From Nitrobacter sp. (GTDB taxonomy: Bacteria > Pseudomonadota > Alphaproteobacteria > Rhizobiales > Xanthobacteraceae), in assembly GCA_035546855.1 (NCBI GenBank), contig DASZVY010000034.1, positions 20,195 through 84,194 of the forward strand: DNA of 64,000 nt. Reading direction: 5' to 3'. Numbering within the stretch: the first letter of the stretch is position 1; every line of letters begins with the position of its first letter. The translations under genes and the position numbers were made by a program. This document shows positions 35,740 to 43,982 of the stretch, in pieces. The notes beneath the pieces are model-generated. The model saw nothing but the letters and a program-made list of their open reading frames with translations, was not told where the DNA came from and did no database searches.

Positions 35740-36624
35740 CTACGTTGAATATCTCGAAAAGATGGCCTCCAGATCGATTTCACGGGAGACCGAGTCGCTC
35801 AGATTCAAAGATTTCTCGACGTTTGTGAGATGCTCGAGCATTCGTTTCGCTGCCAGTTTCCCGTCACTGTTCTCCAGGGCATCGAGAATGAATCCGTGCT
35901 CGTGAGAAGGGCAGGAGGGAACGTTCGGCGAATCGTAGAGTGCGATCACAAGACAGTTTACGGAGACAAGCTCTCGTACAACGCGATGGAATATCGTGTT
36001 TCCGGACAACCTCGCCAATCGGATGTGAAAATCTCCCGACAATCGCACGATTGAGCGCCGATCGGCCGCCTTGTGGGCCGCCATCTCCTGCGACACGTGA
36101 TTGCGCAACTCCGCAAGCTCCCGGTGACTTGCCACGTTTGCCACGCGCCGCACCAGTTCTGGCTCGATCACGCGCCGGACATCGAGAACGTCACGGGCAT
36201 CGTTGATCGTCGGGCTGGCTACGAAAGCTCCCCGGTTAGGCTGCAAGGAGACCACGCCCTCATAGGAAAGGCGCGCGAGAGATTCGCGTATTTTTGTGCG
36301 GCTGACCTGGAAAATGGATGCGAGCTTTTCCTCCGTGAGTTTTGTTCCCGGTGGAAGGCGATGGTCCATGATCGCATCGAGAATCTTTTCCGAGATCTCC
36401 GAGAGCTCCTGGTCGCCGTATCGTTCCTCGCGTGAGGTAGGCAGAGATCGTCTTGGCAAAGTCGTCGACCCTTCGTTATCACCATTTTGCCGTCCGGCAG
36501 GCGGGCGGTTGGCTTGCCGCCGGTTGGGTATAGTTCGTTTTCGATGCCGACGGAATCCCGCCGATCGGCAACGCACTTGAGATGAACGCCATTTTCGCCT
36601 TCCTGGCTGCGGCCTTGCGCCCAT
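35740..36624 (-). CDS. GntR-family regulator with FCD domain (FadR subfamily)
   Basis: wHTH KLTEEKLASIFQVSRTKIRESLARLSYEGVVSLQPNRGAFV, plus an FCD-like helical C-terminus. The first ~55 residues are Arg-rich and atypical. A TTG at 36459 would give a standard ~240-aa protein. Confidence 0.8.
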   Translation of the reverse strand: MGARPQPGRRKWRSSQVRCRSAGFRRHRKRTIPNRRQANRPPAGRQNGDNEGSTTLPRRSLPTSREERYGDQELSEISEKILDAIMDHRLPPGTKLTEEKLASIFQVSRTKIRESLARLSYEGVVSLQPNRGAFVASPTINDARDVLDVRRVIEPELVRRVANVASHRELAELRNHVSQEMAAHKAADRRSIVRLSGDFHIRLARLSGNTIFHRVVRELVSVNCLVIALYDSPNVPSCPSHEHGFILDALENSDGKLAAKRMLEHLTNVEKSLNLSDSVSREIDLEAIFSRYST

Positions 36625-36696
36625 ATCGGGAAGGGCTCGCGAGTTGCCCCGTTACCCAGGATGCACGATCAGGCCGCCACGGGGCTATTGGATTCC

Positions 36697-37419
36697 CTAT
36701 TTCGTTTGAAAAAGCCGACCCCAGTTCGTCACCCGCGCCGGGTCGATTCCGGCAAGCAAAAGACTCTTCCATAGCGTAACGGCAACCGAATCATAGATCG
36801 TGCACGACAATTCGGCTTCCAGTGCGGTGGCGATAGGCGCGCCCCGCATGTTGGTGCAAAGGATGGCGATGCTGTCGCACCCGGCCGAGACGAGCTCCCG
36901 CGCAATCGACGAGATCCGGTCTTTGTCGATTTCCGCAAAGGAAAAATTGTCCTGAAGATCGAGGTGGCGCTCGGCAACGCAGGGAAAGCCGGCGGCGGCC
37001 CAATTCTGGAGGATCCTCTGCTGCACATCCGCCCGATAGGGGGTCAACAGGCCGACTGTATGGGGTTTTGAGAGTAAAAGCTCGCGATAGGCCAGCGCCG
37101 TTGTGGTGGACACAATCCCGGTCTCCCGCGTGATCAACTCGCAAAGGTGCTCGTCGCGGTCAAAGCCGAGCCAGTTGGCAGAAGTGCCGTTCCACGCGAT
37201 GGTGTCGACCTTTGCATGCGCGAGCAATTCCGCTGCGCGAAGCATATCGTCATAATTGAACTGGCGAACGCCATGCTCGCTCAGGGAAATCTCCGTCACG
37301 GCGAAGCGGGAGAAGTGGGTGCTGAGGTCCGGAATGCCGGCCGTCATCGCCGCGGTGAGCGGCTCCAGCACCGTATTCGACGAGGGGGTGATCATTCCCA
37401 GGCGAGCACCGCGACGCAT
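36697..37419 (-). CDS. Asp/Glu/hydantoin racemase-superfamily protein, arylmalonate decarboxylase / maleate isomerase-like, single catalytic Cys
   Basis: ORF 36697..37500. ATG at 37419 (MRRGARLGMITPSS). Motifs IAWNGTSANW (G78-T-S) and AILCTNMRG (C188). C-terminal WGRLF. Confidence 0.75.
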   Translation of the reverse strand: MRRGARLGMITPSSNTVLEPLTAAMTAGIPDLSTHFSRFAVTEISLSEHGVRQFNYDDMLRAAELLAHAKVDTIAWNGTSANWLGFDRDEHLCELITRETGIVSTTTALAYRELLLSKPHTVGLLTPYRADVQQRILQNWAAAGFPCVAERHLDLQDNFSFAEIDKDRISSIARELVSAGCDSIAILCTNMRGAPIATALEAELSCTIYDSVAVTLWKSLLLAGIDPARVTNWGRLFQTK

Positions 37420-37442
37420 GTCATGTCCCAAATTATAGGCAT

Positions 37443-37460
37443 CAGATTGTATACAATCTG
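37443..37460. promoter_or_regulatory. Perfect 18-bp palindrome CAGATTGTATACAATCTG
   Basis: Read directly. It lies in the divergent promoter region between the racemase-like gene (minus) and the MFS gene (plus). The TTGTATACAA core resembles FadR-subfamily GntR operators. Confidence 0.6.
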
Positions 37461-37552
37461 TGCTATTTTTACATACGAAATATCTTGCAATTGTGAACAC
37501 GCACTGTCAACCTTCCAAAGCCGGATGATCTCAAGCATGGACGGTGTGCAAC

Positions 37553-38935
37553 ATGAGTGCTGTCACGACGACCACCGAGGCTGAGTCTCGTCAGGGACTT
37601 CGGCGTGCCGCAAGCGCTGGATTGGTTGGAACAACCCTGGAATTCTATGACCATTTTGTCTTTGGTTCAGCCGCTGCTCTTGTGTTTCCGAAACTCTTCT
37701 TTCCTCAGGACGACCGGTCGCTGGCGACGCTCCTGTCCATGGTCATCTATGCGGTTGCATTTATCGCTCGCCCGATCGGTGGCGCTGCTTTCGGTCATTT
37801 CGGCGACAAATTGGGGCGGAAGGCGGTTTTGCTATCGACCCTCGTGATGATGGGAACTGCCACGGTTTTAATCGGGTTGCTGCCGACGTATGCAACGCTC
37901 GGGCTTTGGGCTCCAATATTACTGGTGCTGTTGAGATCTATTCAGGGCTTCGCGCTGGGTGGCGAGTGGGGAGGTGCCGCATTGCTGGTTGCCGAGTTTG
38001 ATCCGGCGGGCCGGCGGCGTGGATTCTTCGGCAGTCTCGTGCAGGTTGCAAGTCCTATCGGCGTTCTGCTCGCCAACGCGGTCTTTGCAATAGTCACCTG
38101 GTCCGTATCGGAGCAGGCGTTTTTCTCGTGGGGATGGCGCATTCCATTTCTGATCAGCACCGTGCTGATTGTTTATGGAATCTATGTCCGCTCACAAATC
38201 GGAGAGTCTCCAATTTTTGAGGATATGGCACGGCAAGAGGCCGCTGCCCGTTCTCCGATCGTCGAGACATTGCGCGATCACTGGGGCCGATTGCTGCTGG
38301 CGATCGGCAGCCGGGCCGGTGAGGGCGTCATTTTCTATGTGTTCTCGCTATTTCTGCTGATCTATGGGCCGCAGCATCTAGGTATCACGCGTTCGACGGG
38401 GTTGGTTGCGGTAATCATGGGTGCCGGTGTGGGGGTTGTTGCCATTCCATTTTTTGGCTGGTTGTCCGACCGAGTTGGACGCGTGCCCGTGGTGATCGGT
38501 GGCGCAGTAGGCGCAGCGATTTGGAGCGTGTTGTATTTCTTGCTTCTTCACACCAGGAACCCCACGATCATCGTGATTGCAGGCATGATCGGGATGTTCT
38601 TCCAGGCTGCGCTGTGGGCACCGGCCGCGGCATTCGTGCCGGAGATGTTTCCCGCGCAGGTCCGCTGCACAGCGGCCTCCATCGCTTTCCAAACGGCGCT
38701 TGTATTCGGCGGCGCGTTTTCGCCTGTCGCAGCCGTTTGGCTTGTCAGCAAATTTGATACGTGGATTCCAGTGGCGGCTTACAGCATCATTTCTCTCATC
38801 GTGGTGATCATCTGTGCCGCGTCCGTGGGAGAGACCCTGGGAGTAGACCTTACTGCTAAGCCTCAGAGGGATCAGCCCCTGGATGGGAGGGCCACACGGC
38901 ACGGTCGTGCTGTAAAGGCTCTACGGACGAGCTAG
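37553..38935 (+). CDS. MFS transporter, metabolite:H+ symporter (MHS) family
   Basis: ORF 37544..38935 (GTG). ATG at 37553. LEFYDHFVFGSAAALVFPKLFFP and FGHFGDKLGRK are MHS hallmarks. About 12 TM segments. Confidence 0.85.
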   Translation: MSAVTTTTEAESRQGLRRAASAGLVGTTLEFYDHFVFGSAAALVFPKLFFPQDDRSLATLLSMVIYAVAFIARPIGGAAFGHFGDKLGRKAVLLSTLVMMGTATVLIGLLPTYATLGLWAPILLVLLRSIQGFALGGEWGGAALLVAEFDPAGRRRGFFGSLVQVASPIGVLLANAVFAIVTWSVSEQAFFSWGWRIPFLISTVLIVYGIYVRSQIGESPIFEDMARQEAAARSPIVETLRDHWGRLLLAIGSRAGEGVIFYVFSLFLLIYGPQHLGITRSTGLVAVIMGAGVGVVAIPFFGWLSDRVGRVPVVIGGAVGAAIWSVLYFLLLHTRNPTIIVIAGMIGMFFQAALWAPAAAFVPEMFPAQVRCTAASIAFQTALVFGGAFSPVAAVWLVSKFDTWIPVAAYSIISLIVVIICAASVGETLGVDLTAKPQRDQPLDGRATRHGRAVKALRTS

Positions 38936-38997
38936 GGCGAGAGCTCGATACGCTGTGCCTGCGCTCAGACTAACAACGCCTAACTCGAGGTTTTCCG

Positions 38998-39768
38998 ATG
39001 TTCTCTTCAAATTGCCGGCTGGTCGATCTCTCGGTGCCGATCATGAACGAATCGTTCGACACCCAGGAACAACATATCGAGTACATGTCACATGAAGAGG
39101 TGGCGCGGGGCCGAGCCAAGGCGTATGGGATCCAGCCAGGTGATCTTCCCCTGCCAGGCGTTCATTCGGCGATGGAACGGGTGACGCTGTCGACCCATGC
39201 CGGCACCCACATGGATGCGCCGATTCACTATGGCCCGATGTCCGAGGGAAAGCCGGCAAAGACGATCGATCAGATTCCGCTGGAATGGTGTTTCGGCGAA
39301 GGCGTTGTTCTCGACATGTCGGCGAAGGCGGCGGGCGAAATCATCACGGTCGACGACTTGAAAGCAGCCCTCGCGAAGATCGACCATAAGCTCGTGCCGG
39401 GCGAGATTGTTCTTATTCGAACTGATCGGTGGAAAGACTTCGGGCGATCGGATTATGCCATGCGGCATCCGGGCATGGGACGGGAGTCGACGCTTTGGTT
39501 GATCGAACAGGGCATCCGCATGATGGGAACGGATGGTTGGGGATGGGATGCGCCCATTCCGTGGATGGTCGCAAAGTTCAAGGAAGGCGATAAAGGTGCC
39601 TTCTTCCCCGGTCATTATGCAGGCCGAGACAAAGAGTACTGTCATATCGAGAAGCTCGCCCGCCTCAATGAACTGCCGCCGACAGGATTCAAGATCGCGG
39701 TGTTTCCCGTTTTGATCGACAAGGCATCGGGTGGTTGGTGCCGGCCCGTGGCGTTCGTTCCCGAGTAA
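38998..39768 (+). CDS. Cyclase-family protein (kynurenine formamidase-like metal hydrolase)
   Basis: 256 aa. STHAGTHMDAPIHY motif. Confidence 0.75.
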   Translation: MFSSNCRLVDLSVPIMNESFDTQEQHIEYMSHEEVARGRAKAYGIQPGDLPLPGVHSAMERVTLSTHAGTHMDAPIHYGPMSEGKPAKTIDQIPLEWCFGEGVVLDMSAKAAGEIITVDDLKAALAKIDHKLVPGEIVLIRTDRWKDFGRSDYAMRHPGMGRESTLWLIEQGIRMMGTDGWGWDAPIPWMVAKFKEGDKGAFFPGHYAGRDKEYCHIEKLARLNELPPTGFKIAVFPVLIDKASGGWCRPVAFVPE

Positions 39769-39817
39769 TATGTCTCTTTGATCCAGAACCAAGCTATCCA
39801 TCGAGCAGGAGCGTGCC

Positions 39818-41230
39818 GTGAACCGTAGACTTTCGCGGCTGGGCGCGCGTGAATTGGCGCGTCTGATCTCTCGTCGCGAAATCAGCGCGACCGAATTGGC
39901 AACGTGTTGTCTTGATGAGATCGAACTTGGCAACCCCGGTCTTCGGGCTTTCATTACAGTTGACCCGAAGCAGGTTCGGAAAGCAGCCGAAGATGCGGAT
40001 GCTGAAATAGCAAAGGGCCTTTATCGGGGTGCTTTGCACGGAATTCCTGTCGCCGTTAAAGACAACTGTTTGACGGCCGGAATCAGAACGACCTTTGGCT
40101 CGCGTCTGTATGCGGATCACGTGCCAGATCGAGACGATATTTCGGTTGCCAGGGTCAAGGCCGCCGGCGGCATCGTCATTGGCAAGACGAACTTGCCGGA
40201 GTTTGGCTGCGGTGCATTGTGTGTAAACGATTTATACGGCCCAACGGCGAACCCGTACGATCGCCGATATAGCAGTGGCGGCTCAAGCGGAGGCTCGGCT
40301 GCGGCCGTTGCCGCCGGCCTGGCGCCGATCGCGCTGGGCACCGATTTTGGAGGTTCGCTGCGAACGCCTGCAAGTTTCTGCGGCGTGGTTGGCTTTCGGC
40401 CTACGCCGGGCCGAATTCCGATCGGCTCGGGATCTCTGCCCTGGAGCAGCATGAACGTTCACGGCACCGTCGCGCGCAGTGTCGAAGACACGGTCATGAT
40501 GCTTGAGTCCTTGTCAGGACCTGACGCCTCGGATCCGATGTCGATGGGGGTGAGGACATGGCGGCCCGACGATGTCGCGGACCTTCCAGTGTCGAAGTTG
40601 CGTGTGGGGTATTCGGTCGACCTGAACGTTTCTCCGATCGACGGAGAAGTTCGTCGGATATTCACGCAAGCAATCCGGCGAATGGATGCGATCGGCGTGG
40701 GCGCGATCACCGAGGAAGCACCCGATTGCGCGGGCGCGGTTGACTCTTTCGAGACGTTGCGCGCCGGTATCCTGTATCATAATTACGGCAGATTATGCTC
40801 CGAGCACGGCGGTGCTCTATCGCCTTCCGTTGTCTGGAATGTGCTGCGGGGCAAGGACCTGTCCGCAGCGGAGATGTTGCGGGCGGAATCAGTCCGAGCG
40901 CGTGTGCGTGAACAGTTCAACAAATATTTTGAGAATTACGATATTCTGGTGACTGTCAGCGCGAGCGTTCCGCCATTTCCAAATACGCAGGAAGACGTAC
41001 TTGAAATCGATGGGATGTCCCTGCCCAATATCATCGATTATCTCAGGGTAACCTACGTGATGTCATTGGTCGGCTTTCCTGCATTGTCGCTTCCTTTCGG
41101 ATTCACGAAAGGCGGGCTCCCCGTCGGTATCCAACTGGTCGCAAGGCCTTTCGAGGAGACAACCTTGCTGATGCTGGCGCAGACGCTTGAGGAACATGGG
41201 TTCCACCATGTATGGCCGCCGGATCTGTAG
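39818..41230 (+). CDS. Amidase (amidase-signature family)
   Basis: GTG start. AS motif GGSSGGSAAAVAAGLAPIALGTDFGGSLRTPASFCG with the Ser-cisSer-Lys context. 470 aa. Confidence 0.85.
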   Translation: MNRRLSRLGARELARLISRREISATELATCCLDEIELGNPGLRAFITVDPKQVRKAAEDADAEIAKGLYRGALHGIPVAVKDNCLTAGIRTTFGSRLYADHVPDRDDISVARVKAAGGIVIGKTNLPEFGCGALCVNDLYGPTANPYDRRYSSGGSSGGSAAAVAAGLAPIALGTDFGGSLRTPASFCGVVGFRPTPGRIPIGSGSLPWSSMNVHGTVARSVEDTVMMLESLSGPDASDPMSMGVRTWRPDDVADLPVSKLRVGYSVDLNVSPIDGEVRRIFTQAIRRMDAIGVGAITEEAPDCAGAVDSFETLRAGILYHNYGRLCSEHGGALSPSVVWNVLRGKDLSAAEMLRAESVRARVREQFNKYFENYDILVTVSASVPPFPNTQEDVLEIDGMSLPNIIDYLRVTYVMSLVGFPALSLPFGFTKGGLPVGIQLVARPFEETTLLMLAQTLEEHGFHHVWPPDL

Positions 41231-41382
41231 CCGCCCTTAATTTTCAAAGGTCGCTTTGCATTGTAGAGCAAACCAGTTATTCGCGCTCGTGCTGGCGTAG
41301 CGATACGGATATCGCGATCGGGTGGCGCTATCGTGTACCGTTCAGGCCAGCTGAACTTTTCATTTTCGGCTGGCGACGCGCA

Positions 41383-41751
41383 CTAGCCGTCATCTCGGGG
41401 TCCCCGAAGTCCGTGCGTGATGAACTTCATGTATGTCTTGACCACCCAATCCGGGATCGGCTGCGGTCCGGACGGCGTCTTTGAGAAGCGTAGATACATG
41501 TAGAATCGCGCAGCCATCAGAATGTAAGCAAGAACTTCCAGCTCACGCGGTTCGAACCCTGTGAGTTCGCCGCGCGCGGCTGCGTTCGAGCGCCGCGACG
41601 TAGTGGGCGGCGAGATTGGCCACGTGATTTTCGCAATGGAAGTTGCTTCGTGGCCGCGCTCACCAACAATTTCGGCTGCCGCGCGAATAAGCGCGCGGCG
41701 ATTTTCCTTCACCCGCTCGCTCCGACTTTTCTTGGCCGGCCGCGGGCTCAC
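41383..41751 (-). pseudogene. Probable remnant of a TetR-family regulator (internal deletion/frameshift)
   Basis: The N-terminus ENRRALIRAAAEIVGERGHEATSIAKI is the first part of a TetR HTH, but the recognition helix is missing. An alternative frame right after it reads ANLAAHYVAALERSRAR, like a TetR C-terminal domain. Only 122 aa in total. Confidence 0.45.
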
Positions 41752-42167
41752 AGCGTCCTGATCCGTTGCCGGATCCTTCGCGCGCAGTCACGCGGTCGAT
41801 CCTCGGCTCAGCCTTGGGGAGGTCGGTGAAATATTCGCGCAAAGCGTTCGCCGTAGGTTTCAGCAAGTTTTCATATCGGCCGCCGTATTCCGCCGCGAGC
41901 GAACGGGCACAGCAGAAACCGGAGTGGTCCGGCCGGTCGAGGGCTCAAAAGCGAGGAATTCTTGCTATAGGCGTGTCGCGGCCCCGTTTGCACGTCTATG
42001 CGAGGGATGCCCCGACCACCAAAGCCGAGATCTGCATAGCCGGCGGCAGCTTTTGGCACTAAGCAGACGTGTTTTACTCTTGTGAAAACACTGTTTCGTA
42101 CCGCGATAACTAAATTGGCCGAGGGCGCGTCACAGCGAAAAGCACTACAAGCAGCTAGGGTTACTAA

Positions 42168-43163
42168 GTGATTGATATAACTAGAAAATTCAGCATTGCA
42201 CCGATGATGGACTGGACCGACCGGCATTGCCGGGTCTTCCATCGCATGCTCACGCGCCGTGCGCGGCTCTACACGGAGATGGTGACGACTGGGGCGGTGA
42301 TTCACGGCGATCGTCAGCGCCTGCTTGGCTTCGATAACGGCGAGCATCCGGTGGCGCTGCAACTCGGCGGCTCCGATCCGCGCGATCTCGCGGCGTCGGC
42401 GCGCATCGGGCAGGATTTTGGCTACGACGAGATCAATCTCAATGTGGGTTGTCCTTCCGACCGCGTGAAGGAAGGTCGCTTCGGTGCGTGCCTGATGGCG
42501 GAGCCCGAACTTGTTGCCGACGGCGTCGCCGCGATGAAGCGGGCGGTGACGATCCCTGTCACGGTGAAGTGCCGGATCGGGATCGACGACCAGGATCCGG
42601 AGACGGCGCTGGACGCGCTAGCCGGCGCGGTCGTTGCGGCCGGCGCCGACGCCCTCATCGTTCATGCCCGCAAGGCGTGGCTGAACGGCCTGTCGCCCAA
42701 GGAGAACCGCGACATCCCGCCGCTCGACTATGACAGGGTATATCGATTGAAGGCGACGTTGCCGGATACGCCCGTCATCATCAATGGCGGGATCGCAAGC
42801 ATCGAGGAGGCGAAGCGGCATCTCGCGCATGTCGATGGGGTGATGCTGGGGCGTGCGGCCTATCACGATCCCTGGCGGCTGCTTGCGGCCGATCCGGAAT
42901 TATTTGGCGAGGCTGCGCCGCATGCCGATATGAAATCGGCGCTCGAGGCAATGGTGCCTTATATCGAGGATCACCTCGGGCGGGGCACCCGCCTGCATGC
43001 CATCACCCGCCATTTCGTCGGTGCCTTTCATGGTGTTCACGGCGCGCGCGCGTTTCGCCGTCACCTGGCGGAAAATGGCACCAAGCCGGGGGCAAGTGTC
43101 GCGGTTCTGCGCGACGCGATTGCGCTTGTCGACGAGCATTTGCCCGCAAGGCACGCGGCCTGA
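42168..43163 (+). CDS. dusA: tRNA-dihydrouridine synthase A
   Basis: GTG start. RKFSIAPMMDWTDRHCRVFHRMLTRRARLYTEMVT ... NLNVGCPS ... KCRIG is the DusA signature. 331 aa. Confidence 0.9.
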   Translation: MIDITRKFSIAPMMDWTDRHCRVFHRMLTRRARLYTEMVTTGAVIHGDRQRLLGFDNGEHPVALQLGGSDPRDLAASARIGQDFGYDEINLNVGCPSDRVKEGRFGACLMAEPELVADGVAAMKRAVTIPVTVKCRIGIDDQDPETALDALAGAVVAAGADALIVHARKAWLNGLSPKENRDIPPLDYDRVYRLKATLPDTPVIINGGIASIEEAKRHLAHVDGVMLGRAAYHDPWRLLAADPELFGEAAPHADMKSALEAMVPYIEDHLGRGTRLHAITRHFVGAFHGVHGARAFRRHLAENGTKPGASVAVLRDAIALVDEHLPARHAA

Positions 43164-43192
43164 CCATCAACGCGGCCGGCCCTATCCAAGGT

Positions 43193-43702
43193 TCAGGGAT
43201 AGCCGCGCAACATCAGCCGGTCCGCGCGAACCTCCCAGCTTTCCAGTCGATCCAGAAAGCTCATTCCGAGCAGGTTGGTCTTCATCTGGCCGCGCGGAAC
43301 GACGAGGGCGGGGACCGACCGTTCGACGAGTTTGCCGATCGCCAGCCGGTCGAGGGTCAGACGCGCGGCGCGGGTGTGGCCGCCGGCGGTCTCGACATCG
43401 ACGTTGTAGTCGAGCAATTCCAGCGGCAGGCCGGCGGCCTTCGCGGTTTCATAGGTGAGGACGACCGATGTGGCGCCGGTATCGATCAGCATCGGAGCGC
43501 CGACGCCGTTAATCTTCGCATGCAGCAAGAATTCGCCGGATCGCCCGCGCGCGATTTTGACAGTTCGCGCGGCCTTCGCTCGCGCTTGCAGGATGTGGGA
43601 GACCGCGCCGCTGGCACCCGATATCCGTTTCGGATTGCCATAGGCGACCACGGCGCCCAGCGTCGCCACCAGAACAACCAGCACCAGCAGGAGGCGACTC
43701 AT
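43193..43702 (-). CDS. Membrane-anchored retropepsin-like aspartic protease (clan AA)
   Basis: ORF 43193..43759. ATG at 43702 (MSRLLLVLVVLVATLGAVV, a TM anchor). Active-site motif LIDTGATSVV. Confidence 0.75.
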   Translation of the reverse strand: MSRLLLVLVVLVATLGAVVAYGNPKRISGASGAVSHILQARAKAARTVKIARGRSGEFLLHAKINGVGAPMLIDTGATSVVLTYETAKAAGLPLELLDYNVDVETAGGHTRAARLTLDRLAIGKLVERSVPALVVPRGQMKTNLLGMSFLDRLESWEVRADRLMLRGYP

Positions 43703-43730
43703 GAGCCACCTGCCTGAAGGGCGCTCAGGA

Positions 43731-43937
43731 CTACGGTTTCGTCCCGGGCGCCGCACCAATGCGCGGCAATCCGGCGTCGGCCATGCGATCCGAAAGCGTC
43801 GCCATCACGGCGAGCCGCTCGTCGCGCGTCATGCGGTGCCATCGCGCGATTTCCGGAAGCGTTCGGCCGCAGCCAAAACACAGGCTGGTTTTCGGATCGA
43901 CCATGCAAACGCCGATACATGGTGTGTCTTTGGTCAT
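43731..43937 (-). CDS. DUF1289-family small Cys-rich protein
   Basis: 68 aa. PCIGVCMVDPKTSLCFGCGRTLPEIARW matches the CxxxC...CxxC pattern of DUF1289. Confidence 0.75.
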   Translation of the reverse strand: MTKDTPCIGVCMVDPKTSLCFGCGRTLPEIARWHRMTRDERLAVMATLSDRMADAGLPRIGAAPGTKP

Positions 43938-43982
43938 TCGCGGATATTGACGGCCAATTGTCCATTTTCACAAGCTGCCAGG

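Noticed and set aside
22355-42167. Mobility genes (integrase, transposase, recombinase, conjugation genes), direct repeats or tRNA that would define the accessory block as a mobile element.
   Set aside because: I recognised none in any frame. The island idea is therefore reported only as a hypothesis and not annotated as a mobile_element feature.
41871-42362. A 163-codon minus-strand ORF overlapping the dusA start, and small ORFs at 41660..41866 and 41766..42062.
   Set aside because: No recognisable domain and atypical composition. One overlaps the well-supported dusA 5' end. I treated them as non-coding, and they may be debris of lost genes.
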